Assembly: GCF_963921235.1 (NCBI RefSeq)
Contig: NC_086097.1
Location: 152,088,001-152,152,000 of the forward strand
Source of the DNA: Mobula hypostoma
Taxonomy: Eukaryota
Length of the DNA stretch: 64,000 nucleotides
Direction of reading: 5' to 3'
Shown piece by piece: positions 1 through 14,004 of the stretch; the stretch's first letter is position 1, and every line of letters starts with the position of its first letter. The notes beneath the pieces are model-generated. The model was not told where the DNA came from. It saw only the letters and a list, made by a program, of their open reading frames with translations, and searched no databases. A program made the translations under genes and the position numbers.

Positions 1-94
1 AGAATTGAACTGTTTCGCTGTTGGGCTGGGAGAAGTTGCTCTCCCGTGCCATCTTTTGTTCTTCCCCCCATTGCTTCTTTTTGTGCAAAACTAA

Positions 95-1655
95 GCTGTG
101 TGCTTAGGCCCCTGCTTTACTCACGTTATACTTGTGACTATATGGCGAAGCACAGCTCCATTGCCGTAGTCAAGTTTGCGGGCTGTCATAAGCTGATCAA
201 AGGTGATGATGAATCAGCATAGAGAAGGGAAATTGAAATATAAAAACAACCTCTTAGAAACATAGAGACATAGAAAACCTACAGCACAATACAGGCCTTT
301 CGGCCCACAATGCTGTGCCGAAAATGTACTTACTTTAGAAATTACCTAGGGTTACCCATAGCCCTCTATTTTTCTAAGCTCCATGTACCTATCCAGGAGT
401 TTCTTAAAAGACCCTATTGTATCCGTCTCCACCACTGTTGCCGGCAGCCCATTTCTTGCACTCACCACTCTCTGCGTAAAAAAACACCCCTGACATCTCC
501 TCTGTACCTTCTTCCAAACACCTTAAAACTGTGTCCTCTCGTGCTAGCTATTTCAGCCCTGGGAAAAAGCCTCTGACTATCCACACAATCAATGCCTCTC
601 ATCATCTTATCCATCTCTATCAGGTCACCTCTCATCCTCCGTTGCTCCAAGGAGAAAAGACCAACTTCACTCAACCTATTTTCATAAGGCATGCTCCCCA
701 ATCCAGGCAACATCCTTACTCAATGTCAGCAAGACCAAGGAGCTGACTATTGACTTCAGGAGAAGGAATCTAGAGGTCCATAAACCAGTCCTCATCAGGG
801 GATCAGAGGTGAAGAGGGTTAGCAACTTTAAATTCCCCAGTGTCATTATTTTGGAGGACCTGTCTCGGACCCAGCATATAAGTGCTGTTACGAAGAAAGC
901 ACAACAGCATATTTACTTCCTCAGGAGTTTGCAGAGATTTGGCATGACATCTAAAATTTTGCCAATTTTCTGTAGACATGTAGTGGAGAATATATTGACT
1001 GTCTGCATCACGGCCTGGTATAGAAACACTAATGCCCTTGATTGGAAAATTCTACAAAAAATAGTCATTACAGCTCAGTCCATCATGGGGAAAACACTCC
1101 CAACCATTGAGCATATCTATATAAAATGCTGTGGCAGGAAAGCTGCATCCATCGTCGACCTCCGCCACCCAGGACATGCTCTCTTCTCACTGCTGCCATC
1201 TGGAAGAAGATACAGGAGCCTCAGGACTCACATTAGCAGGTTCAGGAACAGTTATTACCCCTCAAACATAAGGCTGTTGAACCAAAGAGGATAATTTCAC
1301 CCAACTTCACTTGTTCCATCATTGAAATGTTCTCACAACCAATGAACTCACTTTCAAGGACTCTTCATCTCATGTTCTCAATATTTATTGCTTATTTAAT
1401 ATTATTACCATTATTATTATTATTAATACTTTTTCTATTTTCAAAGTTTGTTGTCTTCTGCACTCTGGTTGAATGCCTTCTTTTGGTGCTCTTTTTACTG
1501 ATCCTGTTATGGTTATTATTCTATTGATCTTCATTGATTCTGTTTACAGTTACTGTTCTATAGATTTGCTGAGTATCCCTGCTGAAAAAAGACTCTCAGG
1601 GTTGTATGTGGTGGTAAGTATGAACTCTGATAATAAATCTACTTTGAACTTTGAA
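95..1655 (+). mobile_element. Rex1/Babar-type non-LTR retrotransposon, 5'-truncated and decayed, split by a CR1 insertion at 255-717
   Basis: RT motifs (CVL.PLLYS, KFA, NNL|LNVSKTKEL.IDFRR) flank the CR1; ORF 809-1294 is the typical C-terminus (CITAWY...LLPSGRRYRSLRT..SRFRNSYYP); 3' UTR ends AATAAA plus TTGAAC-type tail at ~1655. Confidence 0.85.
255..717 (-). mobile_element. CR1 LINE 3' end (young family), inserted into Rex/Babar
   Basis: ORF 462-713 (LFSLEQRRMRGDLIE); CATAGAAA-type tail at 255-280; host frame rejoins across it with CTTA at both junctions. Confidence 0.9.
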
Positions 1656-1704
1656 AGGAATCATCAGCTGGAGAAAAGAGACTTACCACTAGTCTTCAGG
1701 GCTT

Positions 1705-2310
1705 AGATTAGAGCATGTAGGACAGACCCAAAAGCCTATGGCATTTATGGTGGCCATGATGCCAATTTAAATTAATCCCAACTGCCTGCACGTCATTTAA
1801 ATTCATCCATCCTTTCCCTGTTAATTCATCTGTCTATATGCCTCTTAAATGTTGCTATTGTTTGTTATTTCACCTTCTCCCTTGGCAGCATGTTCCAGGC
1901 ACCTAGCCCTATTTGTGTAAATGAGTTTGCTTTTAATCCTCCTTTAATCCTTCCTCTCTCACCTTAATCCTATGCTCTCTAGTATCTGATATTTCCATTC
2001 TGGGGAAAAAAACTTAGTCTATCTACCCCATTTATGTCTCTCATAATTTTTTAAACTTCTCTGAGGTTACCCTTCAGCCTCTAATGCTCCAGAGAAAACA
2101 ATCCTGGTTTATCCAATCTCTCCTTATAGCTAATACTCTCTCTAGATCAGAAAAAAAACATGTGTAAACCTTTTATGCACTCTCCCCAAAGCCTCTATAT
2201 CCTTTCTGTAATGCAGCAAACAGAATTTCATGCTGTATTCCAAATGTGGCTGAACTAAAATTTTATACTGCTGCAACATGACTGGCCAACTTTTATACTG
2301 AAACACTTAA
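1705..2310 (-). mobile_element. Old CR1 3' fragment
   Basis: Degenerate match to CR1 3' region seen elsewhere in the window (ctccagagaaaacaatcc, tattccaaatgtggc). Confidence 0.7.
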
Positions 2311-2384
2311 TGTGCTATATTTCCACATGCAAAATCAGAGCATACTTCAAATTAAAACGGCATTTAAAAAAATACAGCTTGTAG

Positions 2385-2610
2385 TCAGCATCGTGGCATA
2401 ATAGTTAACATAGCACTATTACAGTGCCATTGATACGGGCTCAAATCGCGCTACTGTCTGTAAGGAGTTTGTATGTTCTCCCCGTGAGTTTTCTCCAGTC
2501 TCCTCCTACATTCAAAAGACGAATGCATTGGTCGGTTAATTGGTCTCGTGGGTGCAATTCGGTGTCGAAGGCTCATTTTACCATGCTGTATCTCTAAATA
2601 CTAAAAAAAA
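2385..2610 (+). mobile_element. tRNA-derived V-SINE (HE1-like)
   Basis: tRNA-like head, then V-domain gtaaggagtttgtatgttctccccgtg...ctcctcctacattcaaaagacg. Confidence 0.75.
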
Positions 2611-3954
2611 GTCAAATATCATTATTGTTTTCTATAATGGTAATCCATAAGCAATAGTCAGACCTTGGTTTGGTGAGTATTGGCTGAAAGTAAAGTGTTG
2701 CTTAGGAATCCGGAAAAAGTTCTTACTGAAATGATGCTGATAAACCATTCAGATGAATGTGCTCTTGATTTAATGTCCATCCTAAAGATATAAATATAAT
2801 AAAATGCTATCATGTCAGGAGGAACTTATTTCATATCTGCACTGTGCCTTCAGCTTCACCGTGGAGCATCAGATTCCATGAGAGTTTTAGCTGAAGCAAG
2901 TAACCTTAATGTACTGGCTTCAGGCATGTAAGTTTACTGTTCAATAAAGGGTTTTTGACATACAATAGTTTCAGGCAATCCTTTCCTGCATTTTAGAATT
3001 TCACTTTGAGTTCAAACTATAAATACAGAGAATGGAAATGCAACAAGGCAAGGCAGGCAGGAAATCTTTGAAGGGTGAAGCACAGTGTTGACTTTGCCAT
3101 GATTATTATCTGTAATAAGATCCCAGAGACACAGTATTATATCTGCAGCAAGTGTAAAGTTCAAAGCTACATTTATTCTATGTCTGTAAATATTCTTCTT
3201 TTTGTGACACTTTTTTTAAAAAAAAGTAGCTGCTACGCCATCATGTTGAGAATAAATATACAAGAACTGAAGTAACATTCACAGCTAGTGGAATTACTAT
3301 GTATGATTTAGCATCTCCTTAACTTTGGGTTTAGAGGATGGGAATTTTAACTCCATCAGATTCTGGAGCGAGGGGTGAATGGGGTGGGATCACAATAATT
3401 AACAAATGGACCCAGAATCAATATGTAATTTTAGTTTTAATGTTCCTAAATCTGCCTTCACTCTAGAATAAATTGCCTACCTAATTTTAGGGTGTCCATT
3501 GCATTAGAACACTTTCTATCTTCTTTTGACAAGCATATTTGAAGGATAAACATGCTTCTTAAAGAAAGGAAGAATTCATTTCCATCAGATTACTGGCCAT
3601 AATGTTATTACAAATGGTTGCAATAATAAGTTGCAAGGCCGACTCCAAATCCTCTGACCTCATAGTGGGGGTTCAGGTGGAGGAAATCGCGACAGAGGGA
3701 CATTCTCCTCTAATGAGAAAAGCAATGAGGTGTCTGTGCTTGTGAATCACTGGAAAGTTATCCCAGTGTTCAATGAATGTTTACTTGACCAAACTTTATA
3801 TTATTCTTAAATTCTTACATTTCTTATTATATAGTTTGGCAAAAGTCATAGCAACTTTCTCATCAGGAAAATTCCTTATGAGGAATTCCTTATCAAAATC
3901 CCTCATAAGGTGTCACATAACATTAACACTTTGCACTTAAATAGCCTCTGCTCT

Positions 3955-4533
3955 GCACTCAGGCTTTGAAGGCCAGTGACATGGAGAGGTGTTGAAGGAT
4001 ATCTTGATTCTGTGCCTCTGATATGCACTTGAAAAGGCCAGTGAGATGGATGGGTAACAAAGAACATCCGTGGATGTTGGGATGTCCCAGATCAGTGGAT
4101 CCCGGATATGGTGTCCATGCGAGCAGACAGCATGAGGGCCACTGAGTCAGTCTAGATGTCAAGCTCCTGTCATTGGCTGGTCCATCAGTCCATACCAAAG
4201 GTCCAACTCCAAAGTCGATTGGAAATCTGGAAGTCTGGAAGTCAAAGCCCAATAGCCAAAGCCTGGAGACTTGATATTGAAGGCTGGAGGCTGTCCTTGA
4301 GTTGGAGGACTGTCTGTGTATGAGTGGGTGGGAGGTAAGGGGCTATTGTTTTGTAATCTTGTTGCTTGTGTTGTTCTGTCTCGATTTGTGTGCATTCTAT
4401 TTTGATGCCAGAATGTGGCAAAGCTTGTGGGCTGCTCCCAGCACGTACACAGGTGTGCTGGTTGTTAACACAAATGATACATTTCACTTTGTTTCAATGC
4501 ACATGTGATAAATAAATATAAAACTGAAATCTG
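3955..4533 (+). mobile_element. Unclassified non-coding retroposon with Rex/Babar-like 3' end
   Basis: Ends catttcac...atgcacatgtgataaataaa...ctgaaatctg, resembling Rex-type 3' tails; no coding motifs. Confidence 0.45.
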
Positions 4534-4999
4534 TAATAGGAACACGCAAAATACCAAGGGACTACTGGTATAGGGAAACTGCCTGGAAGCTGGAAGCTCT
4601 TTCTAGTCTTGAATGCCTGTGTCTTCTTAAATAATTTGGTGCATTAGATTGTTGGAGGTTAACAAGGTATCACACATTATTTGTAGTATATTCTCCTAAA
4701 GGAGCTTGGGAAATTATTCTCAATTACTTGTCTAAAATTTATTCCTCATTCTAGGTCTGTATCCTTGTCCATACTTGCTGCCTGAGATATTGTTTTGTCT
4801 GAGCTTACTACCTCTGGATGCAGATGGCTGAACAACTTGGAAGACATTACATGATGTGAGGTACGCTCCAAGTAATGAGTAAGCTTCAGCTGGTGTAGTT
4901 TGAGGCTTCCCCTCCAGAACATTTCTACAAATCTGGAAGACTACTGCTGTCAAAAACCTATGAACGGCTTTCAAATGTCCCTAGTATTTAGAGTCCTAG

Positions 5000-5132
5000 A
5001 GTTATAGAACATTACAGCAAAGAAATAGGCCTTTTGGCCCATCTAGTCTATATCAAGCTATTATTTGGCCTGCACCTGGACCACCGCCCTTCTTACCCCT
5101 CCCATCCATGTACCTATCCAAATTTCTCTTAA
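5000..5132 (-). mobile_element. Short CR1 3' tail fragment
   Basis: Resembles the tail of the CR1 at 40617 (cccatccatgtacctatccaaatttctctt). Confidence 0.6.
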
Positions 5133-5133
5133 T

Positions 5134-8100
5134 ATAGAAACATAGAAAACCTACAGCACAATACAGGCCCTTCAGCCCACAATGCTGTGCCAAACATGTA
5201 CTTACTTTAGAAATTAACTAGGGTTACCCATAGCCCTCTATTTTCCTAAGCTCCATGAACCTATCTAGGAGCCTCTTAAAAGACCCTATTGTATCCACCT
5301 CCACCACAGTCACTGGCAGCCCATTCCACATACTCACCACTTCCTATATAAAAAAAATCCCCTCTGTACCTACTTCCAAGCACCTTAAAACCGTGCCCTC
5401 TCATGTTACCCATTTCAGCCCCGGGAAAAAGCCTCTGCCTATCCACATGATCAATGTCTCTCATCATCTTATACATCTCTATCAGGTCATCTCTCATCCT
5501 CTGTTACTCCAAGGAGAAAAGGCCAAGTTCACTCAACCCATTCTCATAAAGAATGCTCCCCAATTCAGGCAACATCCTTGTAAATCTTCTCTGCACCTTT
5601 TCTATAGTTTCCACATCCTTCCTGTAGTGAGGTGACCAGAACTGAGCACAGAACTCCAAGTGGGGTTTGTCCAGGGTCCTATACAGTTATAGCATTAACT
5701 CTCAGCTCTTGAACTCAATCCCATTGTTGATGAGGGCCAATGGACCGTGTGCCTTCTTAACCACACAGTCAACCTGCGCAGCAGCTTTGAGTGTCCTATG
5801 GACTTGGACCCCAAGATCCCTCTGATCTTCCACACTATCAGGAGTCTTTCCATTAATACAATATTCTGCCATCATATTTGACCTACCAAAGTGAACCACC
5901 TCACACTTATCTGGGTTAAACTCCATCTGCCAGTTCTCAGCCCAGTTTTGCATCTTATTGATGTCCCACTGTAAACTCTGACAGCCCTCCACATGATCCA
6001 CAATATGCCAACCTTTGTGTCATCAGCAAATTTACTAACCCATCCTTCACTTCCACATTAGATTAGATCATGAGAACACTCAGTCCTCTTTTATTGTCAT
6101 TTAGAAACGCATACATGCATTAAGAAATGATACAATGTTTCTCCAGAGTGATATCACAGAAAACAGGACAAACCAAATACTAACACTGACTGAACCACAT
6201 AATTATAACATATAGTTACAGCAGTGCAAAACAATACCATAATTTGATGAAGAACAAACTTTGGGCACTGTAAAAATAGTCTCAAAGTCCCCAAGTCAAT
6301 CAACTTCCGAGTCCCCGATAGCAGGCGGCAAAAAGGGAGAAACTCCCTGCCATAAACCTCCAGGCACCATGAACTTGCCAATGCCTTGGAAGCAGCCAAC
6401 CACAGCCGATACTGGGTCCGTCCGTCCAAAAACTTCAAGCCTGCGACCAGCCACTCCGATACAGCCTCCCGAGCGCCATCCTCTGCCGAGCGCCTTCGAC
6501 CTTGCCCCGGCCACTGAAACATGCAAAGCCCAGGATTTTGGGGCCTTCTGCTCTGGAGATTCCGGTTACCACACAGTAGCAGCGGCAGTGAAGTGGGCAT
6601 TTCAGAAGTTTTCCAGATGTTCCTCCATACTCTCACGTCTGTCTCCATCAAATCAGAATTGTGCACGGTCCCCTACTTGACAGATAACAGATATTCATCA
6701 CCAGAGAGGCCACGCACGCTGCTGTCGTGCCGCCATCTTCTCCTCCATTCAGGTCAATTATAAAAATCACAATGAGAAGGGTCCCAGAACAGATCCCTAA
6801 GGCACACCACTGGTCACCAAACTCTACAAGCACTCATCTACAAGCACGCTTTGCCTTCTGTGGGTAAGCTAACTCTGGATCCACAAAGCAAGGTCCCCTT
6901 GGATCCTATGCCTCCTTACTTTCTCAATAAGCCTTGCATGGAGTACCTTATCAAATGCCTTGCTGAAATCTATATACACTACATCTACCAAACTACCTTC
7001 AACAATGTCTTTCATCACATCCTCAAGAAAATCAGTCAGGCTTGTAAGGCACGACCTGCCTTTCACAAAGCCATACTGACTATTCCTAATCATATTATGC
7101 CTCTCCAAATGTTCATAAATCCTGGCTCTCAGGATCTTCTCCGTCTACTTACCAAACACTGGAGTAAGACTCACTGGTCTATAATTTCCTGGGCTAACTC
7201 GACTCACTTTCTTGAATAAGGAAACAACATCTGCAACCCTCCAATCCTCTGGAATCTCTCCAGTCCCTATTGATGATACAAATATTATTGCCAGAGGCTC
7301 AGCAATCTCCTCCCTCACCTACAACAGTAGCCTGGAGTAGTATCTTATGGCTCTCCTAATTTCATTCTTAAGCTCCTTCCTGCTAGCCTTATAATCTTCT
7401 AGATCTCTGCCATTACATAGATTTTTGAACCTTTCATAAGCTTTTCTTTTCTTCTTGACTAGATTTTCAATAGCATTTGTACACTATGGTTCCTGTACCC
7501 TATCATCCTTTCCCTGTCTCACTGGAACGTATCTATGCAGAATACCAGGCAAGTATCCCTTGAACATTTACCACATTTCTGCCATACATTTCTTTGAGAA
7601 CATCTATTCCCAATTTATGCTTCCAAGTCCCTGCCTGATAGCTTCATCTTTCCCCTTACTCCAATTAAACACTTTCCTAACTTGTCTGTTCCTATCCCTC
7701 TCCAATGCAATGGTAAAGGAGATAGAATTGTGATCACTATCTCCAAAATGCTCTCCCACTGAGAGACCTGACACCCGACCAGTTTCACTTGCCAGTAACC
7801 AATCAAGTACAGTCTCTCCTCTTGTATGCGTATCTACATGTTGTGTCAGGAAACCTTCCTGAACACACCTAACAAACTCCACCCCATCTAAACCACTTGC
7901 TCTAGGGAGATGCCAATCAATATTGGGGAAATTAAAATCTCCCACTACAACAACCCTGTTATTATTGCATTTTTCCAGAATCTGTCTCCCTATCTGCTCC
8001 TCGATGTTCCTGTTACTATTGAGTGGTCTATAAAAAACATCCTATAAAGTTATTGACCCATTGCTGTTCCTAACTTCCACCCACAGTTCCTCCCTGACTT

Positions 8101-9645
8101 CTTCCTTTTCAACACCCGTGACACTATCTCTGATCAGCAGTGCCATGCCCCGACCATTTTTGCCTCCCTCCCTGTCTTTTCTGAAACATCTAAAGCCTAG
8201 CATTCTAAGTAGCAATTCCTGCTGCTGAGCCATCCAAGTCTCTGTAATGGCCACAACATCATAGCTCCAAGTATTGATCCACAATCTAAATTCATCCGCT
8301 TTGTTCGTGATACTCATTGTGTTAAAAAAGACACATCTCAAACCATCAGACTGAGCATATCCCTTCTCAATCACCTGCCTATCCTCCCTCTCACATGGTC
8401 TACAAGCTTTCTCGATTTGTGTGCCAACCACCCCTCCCTCTGTCTCTTCAGTTTGTTTCCCATCCCCCCAGTGATTCCAGTTTAAACTCTTCCCAATAGC
8501 CTTTGCAAACCTTTCTGCCAGGTTATTCGTCCCCCTGGGATTCAAGGGCAATCAGTCATTTTTGTGCAGGTCCCTCCTGCCCCAAAAGTGGTCCCAATGA
8601 TCCAGAAATCTGAATCCATGCCCCCTACTCCAACCCCTCAGCCATTCACTTATCCTCCACCTCACTCTATTCCTACACTCATTGTCACGTGGTACAGACA
8701 ATAATCCCTAGATTACTACCTTTGAGGTCCTGCTTCTCAACTTCCTTCCAACTCCCTGTAGTCTGTTTTCAGGACCTCGTCCCTGTTCCTACCTATGTCG
8801 TTGGTACCAATATGTACCATGACCTCTGGCTGTTCACCTTCCCACTTCAGGATTTCATGGATGCATTCAGAAATGTCCCGGACCCTGGCACCTGGGAGGC
8901 AAACTACCATCCACTTTTCTTTCCTGCATCCACAGAATCGCCTGTCCGACCCCCTAACTACAGAGTCCCCTATCACTGCTGCCATCCTCTTCCTTTCCCT
9001 ACCCTGTGCCAGAGGCATGGCCACTGTTGCTTCCCCCAGGTAAGTCATCCCCCCCAACAGTACTCAAACGGGAGTACTTTTTGTTAAGGGGGACAGCCGC
9101 TGGGGTATTCTCTATTATCTAACTCTTGCCCTTCTCTTTCCTGACTGTTACCCACTTATCTGTCTCCTGAGGCCCCTCTCTATCATCTCCTCACTTTACC
9201 TGCTCAGGTGAAGATCATCGAGCTGCATCTCCATTTCCCCAACCCAGTCCCCCTGCAGTTTGACGCACCTGGCACAGATATGGCTGTCCTTGAGGCTGGG
9301 AGTTTCCCAAACGTCTCACATCTGACACTCAGTACAGAACACTGTCCTCACAGACATACTTCCTATTCCTATTCTTCACAAGTAACTTACTTCGACTCGA
9401 CCCGTTATCGTCGAAGCCCCATTGAGACAAAGCCCTCCAACTCTGTTTCCCTCTACTCCGTTGCCCGGTCTATAAAGCTGTCTTCTTTTTAAATTCTTCC
9501 TGCCAGTCTACCTCGCTGACGTCCACACGCCTGCACAGTCGTTCCTCAGTCAAACCCTGAAGAAAAAATGATCACCTTTTATACTCTTCCTGCCGGTCTA
9601 ACTCGCTGACGTCCACGAACCTGTGCAGTCAGTTCTCAATCAAAA
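5134..9645 (-). mobile_element. Near full-length, defective CR1 LINE (5' UTR, ORF1 esterase, ORF2 endonuclease + RT), with internal deletions and a nested insertion
   Basis: ORF1 SGNH/GDSL esterase motifs (IGDSVVRG; CLPGARV; VHIGTND) at 8737-9057; APE endonuclease (AITETW; GDFNFP; SDHN) at 7604-8551; RT pieces at 5276-7108; frameshifts and a deletion near 7340. Confidence 0.92.
6060..6746 (-). mobile_element. Non-autonomous ~690-bp retroposon (GGAGGAGAAGATGGCG head, AATCT-repeat tail), copy 1, inside CR1
   Basis: End-to-end similarity to 16407-17040 and 43606-44267; interrupts CR1 RT with a CATT/ATT duplication (6056-6059, 6746-6749). Confidence 0.85.
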
Positions 9646-9799
9646 ATTGAACCCACATCCACCATTTCAGCTGTCTAATAATATATTTGGAGATATTAAA
9701 CTATTTCAAATAAGTGAATATAATTGAAACATACTGAAAGGAGGTAAATATTGGGAGAAGATAAATACTAATAAAAAAATAAAAATAAATTAAGATAAC

Positions 9800-10310
9800 C
9801 ATTTGTCGGTCAGGGTAGGCCATGGATGTTGTGTCCTAGCTGTCTAGATACTCATTCAGGGCAGTACAATATGAAGAGCAAGCTGTTGCTCATGTAGCAA
9901 GAACTCCTGCTCCATCCATCAGATGAGCTCCAAGGAACTGTAGAGACCAATACAATTTGGCACCAGCAGTGTTGCAGGAGTTGCCAGTCAACGTTGAACT
10001 CAATGGTAGGACTGCTGAAGAGACTCCAGCTCCAGATTTTTCCCTCGGGGTTTACTCCTGAAGCCTTCTCTGTGAACGTGTATGGCCGCAAGGCAGCAGA
10101 GGCTCGAGATCAAAGTTCTTCTTCTCCCAGATCAGCTACCAACTAAGGCTGATGAGCCCCATCTACCCAAACCATTACTGGTTTTAAGGCACCAGTAAGT
10201 CTCCTTTGCCCCTTCTGAGCCACAGTGAAGGCCAGGAACTGGACTTGGATGTCAGAGGCTATTGAAGCACACACCATTGGGAGCATCTAATAGGTAGTGG
10301 GGGCTTAGGA
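9800..10310 (-). mobile_element. RTE-related non-autonomous element (RTE 5' UTR-like sequence)
   Basis: cttctcccagatcagctacc...gatgagccccatctaccc resembles the reverse complement of the conserved RTE 5' UTR motif; no ORF. Confidence 0.6.
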
Positions 10311-10932
10311 ACCTAAGATGACCCAAACACCTTTAATTCTCATGAATGCAAGTAGCTGATTCTTCTATCTACAATCAATGGTGAGCACAGTGGCAGAGCA
10401 AAAGGTCAGGTTCATCAGAAACTCACCTACAGCTCATTTAGGATTACTGTGTTTGGCCGAGCATGTGTCAAAGTCTACAAAAAGATGAGCTACGAATGGT
10501 TGACGACCATGGCTATTAATTAGCTTGATTAAGCCCATTAATCTCCAAGGGCCCTTACTATACGCGATTGTCGGTTAAGTTTAATATGCTATGATCACGG
10601 CCACAATTTAAATTATTGACTTGGATTTTAAGTATAGAGGGATGATTTGAGAGCATGAAACTTGTAATACAACTCCTTCTTAATGGTTTTGTTAGGGATG
10701 CTTACATTTCACAAAACAATAATACTACATACAAGCAATTGAACTTGTCAAATCAATATGTGTATAATTATGGAAAGTCATGTTACCAATAAAATGTTAT
10801 AATCATGTTAGGATATAAAATTGCTTAACAAGAAAGATTAAGGTCAGCTATCATCACTAACTCAGTGTAAATCTCACAAATACCCAGTTTGTGTTTTCTG
10901 TGAGTGGGATAAACTAACAAGACTACACAGGG

Positions 10933-12809
10933 CATAGAAACGTAGAAACATAGAAAACCTACATCACAATACAGGCCATTCGGCCCACAAAGCTGTGCCC
11001 AACATGTCCTTACCATAGAAATTACTCAAGGGTTACTCATAGCCCTCTATTTTTCTGAGCTCCACGTACTTGTCCAGGAGTCTCTTAAAAGACCCTATCA
11101 TATCCACTTACACCACTGTCGCCGGCAGCCCATTCCACGCACTCAACACTCTCTGCGTAAAAAAACTTAACCCTGACATCTCCTCTGTACCTACTTCCAA
11201 GCACCTTAAACCTGTGTCCTCTCGTGCTAGCCATTACAACCCTGGGAAAAAGCCTCTGACTATCCACACAATCAATGCCTCTCATCGTTGTATACACCTC
11301 TGTCAGGTCACCTCTCATCCTCCGTTGCTCCAAGGAGAAAAGGCCGAGTTCACTCAACCTATTCTCATAAGGCATGCTCACCAATCCAGGCAACATCCTT
11401 GTAAATCTTCTCTGCACCCTTTCTACAGTTTTCACATCCTTCCTGTAATGAGGTGACCAGAACTGAGCACAGTACTCCAAGTGGGGTCTGACCAGGGTCC
11501 TATATAGCTGCAATATTACCTCTCAGCTCCTAAACTCAATCCCACGATTGATGAAGGTCAATGCACCATACGCCTTCTTAACCACAGAGTCAACCTGCAC
11601 AGCAGCTTTGAGTGTCCTATGGACTCAGACCCCAAGATCCCTCTGATCCTCCATACTGCCAAGAGTCTTACCATTAATGCTATATTCTGTCATCATATTT
11701 GACCTACAAAAATGAACCACCTCACACTTATCTGGGTTGAACTCTATCTACCAATTCTCAGCCCAGTTTTGTATCCTATCAATGTCCCACTGTAACCTCT
11801 GACAACCCTCCACACTATCCACAACACCCCTGACCTTTGCGTCATCAGCAAATTTACTAACCCAACCCTCCACTTCCTCATCCAGGTCATTTATAAAAAT
11901 CATGAAGAGTAGGGGTCCCAGAACAGATCCCTGAGGTACACCACTGGTTACTGACCTCCATGCAGAATATGACCCATCTACAACCAGTCTTTGCCTTCTG
12001 TGGGCAAGCCAGTTCTGGAACCACAAAGCAATGTCCCCTTGGATCCCATGCTTCCTTACTTTCTCAATAAGCTTTGCATGGGGTACCTTATCATATGACT
12101 CACTAAAATCCATATACGCTACATCTACGACTCTACCTTCATCAATGTGTTTAGTCACATCCTCAAGAAATTCAATCAGGCTCGTAAGGCACGATCTGCC
12201 TTTGACAAAGCCATGCTGACTATTCCTGATCATATTATACCTCTCCAAATGTTCATAAATCCTGCCTCTCAGGATCTGCTCCATCAACTTACCAACCACT
12301 GAAGTAAGACTCACTGGTCTATAATTTCCTGGTCTATCTCTACTCCCTTTCTTGAATAAGGAAACAACAGCTGCCACCCTCCAATCCTCCGGAACCTCTC
12401 CTGTCCACAGTGATGATGCAAAGATCATCACCAGAGGCTCAGCAATGTCCTCCCTCGCCTCCCACAGTACATCTTGTCCGGTCCTGGTGACTTATCCAAC
12501 TTGATGCTTTCCAAAAGCTCCAGCACATCCTCTTCCTTAGTATCTACATGCTCAAGCTTTTTGGTCCGCTGTAAGTCATCCCTACAATCGCCAAGACCCT
12601 TTTCGGTAGTGAATACTAAAACAAAATATTCATTAAGTACCTCTGCTGTCTCTGCCGGTTCCATACACACTTTTCCACTGTCACGCTTGATTGGTCCTAT
12701 TCTCTCACATCTTATCCTCTTTCTTTTCACATACTTGTAGAATTCCTTGGGGTTTTCCTTAATCCTGTCTGCCAAGGCCCTCTCATAGCCCCTTCTGGCT
12801 CTTCTGATT
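10933..12809 (-). mobile_element. CR1 LINE, 5'-truncated (young family), defective RT
   Basis: ORFs 11085-11513, 11748-12431 ([28 protein letters not shown]) and 12428-12775; tail repeats at 10933. Confidence 0.95.
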
Positions 12810-14004
12810 ATTTTTTTCTCTATAATTGATTATTATTGGACATCAGCTGAGAAATCAGAAAGCTGTAGGCAGAGTATATTCAAATGTTTCTTTCACAGCT
12901 TTCCGGTGTGAGAACCATCCAGTGAAGGGAAAAATCAGACCTTGCACATGTTCGTTCTAACTGGCTTCTCCTCACCTTTGGATTATCTCCACACACCCCC
13001 ATGCATTTTCTAATTACATATCTGGTACTGATTACCAAATTTGATTGATAAAAAATGTTAAGGCTTCCCCATTGATAGCGACATTAGACATCCAGTAAAG
13101 TTATATTTTCTGTTTCACTGAAGAGCCTGTAAGCAAGGCTGTTAGAAAAGTGTCAGTGTAGAATGGTCATTTCTGAATGTTTAGATTGTGTTCCATATTT
13201 GTAAAAGACAAACTAGAAAATGACGATTTGTGTACTGCAGGAGTGAGAGTTGGAATCTTTTTTTGGTTCAATTTCATCTCACATGAAATTGGGTTAAAAT
13301 AGCCACAGAACTGTGACAGATTAAAAAGAAATGATTTTTTATTTACCATTTATAAAACCATCAATTATGGACACACAGCACTGAGAAATAACACTGAAAA
13401 TCAAAGGCATTACACCATCCACAAAATTTCAGCAACTATCTTTCCTCACCAGATCCCACAGTCCATTATACCTTCTGCAATATTAATATAATAGCCAAAT
13501 AAATTATTTACTCTCTTTTAGGTGACACACAATTGAAGGAACCAGGAATGACAGGCAAGGGAGAAATGTGTCTGCATGCACTGATCCCAGAGTAGTGTTA
13601 TTTCTCAACGCTCAGTTGCTGATGTTGCCTGAAGCTAACTTGGCACTAGAAGCTAACACAGAACTTGAAGCCTATTCTTTTCTAAGGAGTGGTGGCCAAA
13701 ACCTCATTGTAGCAGGAAGGTCTGAATGCTGTGTTATGGGCTCAAAGCAAAGTCTGGCTTGTTGCAATACTAGCTAAGACTGAGGTCAAAGGAAATGTGT
13801 TTGCTGGTGTTTAAAATTTGTAATTAACTATAGATAGCTCTCTGTCATGCAATACATGATGAAGATTATGGATTCATCACTTTGAAGGAGTAACAGTACT
13901 ATAGTTGTGACAATTTAATTTTAGGATGGCAATATTTATGCTCCAATATGCCACCCTGCATTCAGTACTGTGTCAGCCCCACTTACAGAGATTGTAAATT
14001 TGCC

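Noticed and set aside
3874..3910. 10-bp inverted repeat ccttatgagg/cctcataagg
   Set aside because: Too short and isolated; consistent with a local template-switch mutation or chance.
6154..6763. Overlapping ORFs in the YY1-head element (also 43522-44118)
   Set aside because: Frames are not conserved among the three copies; chance ORFs in GC-rich sequence.
310..12740. Plus-strand ORFs over CR1 copies (e.g. 5255-5635, 11070-11456)
   Set aside because: Antisense shadows of CR1 ORF2.
13505..13780. Splice-acceptor-like tract (ttactctctttttag) followed by a short ORF
   Set aside because: No recognisable peptide or convincing donor site.
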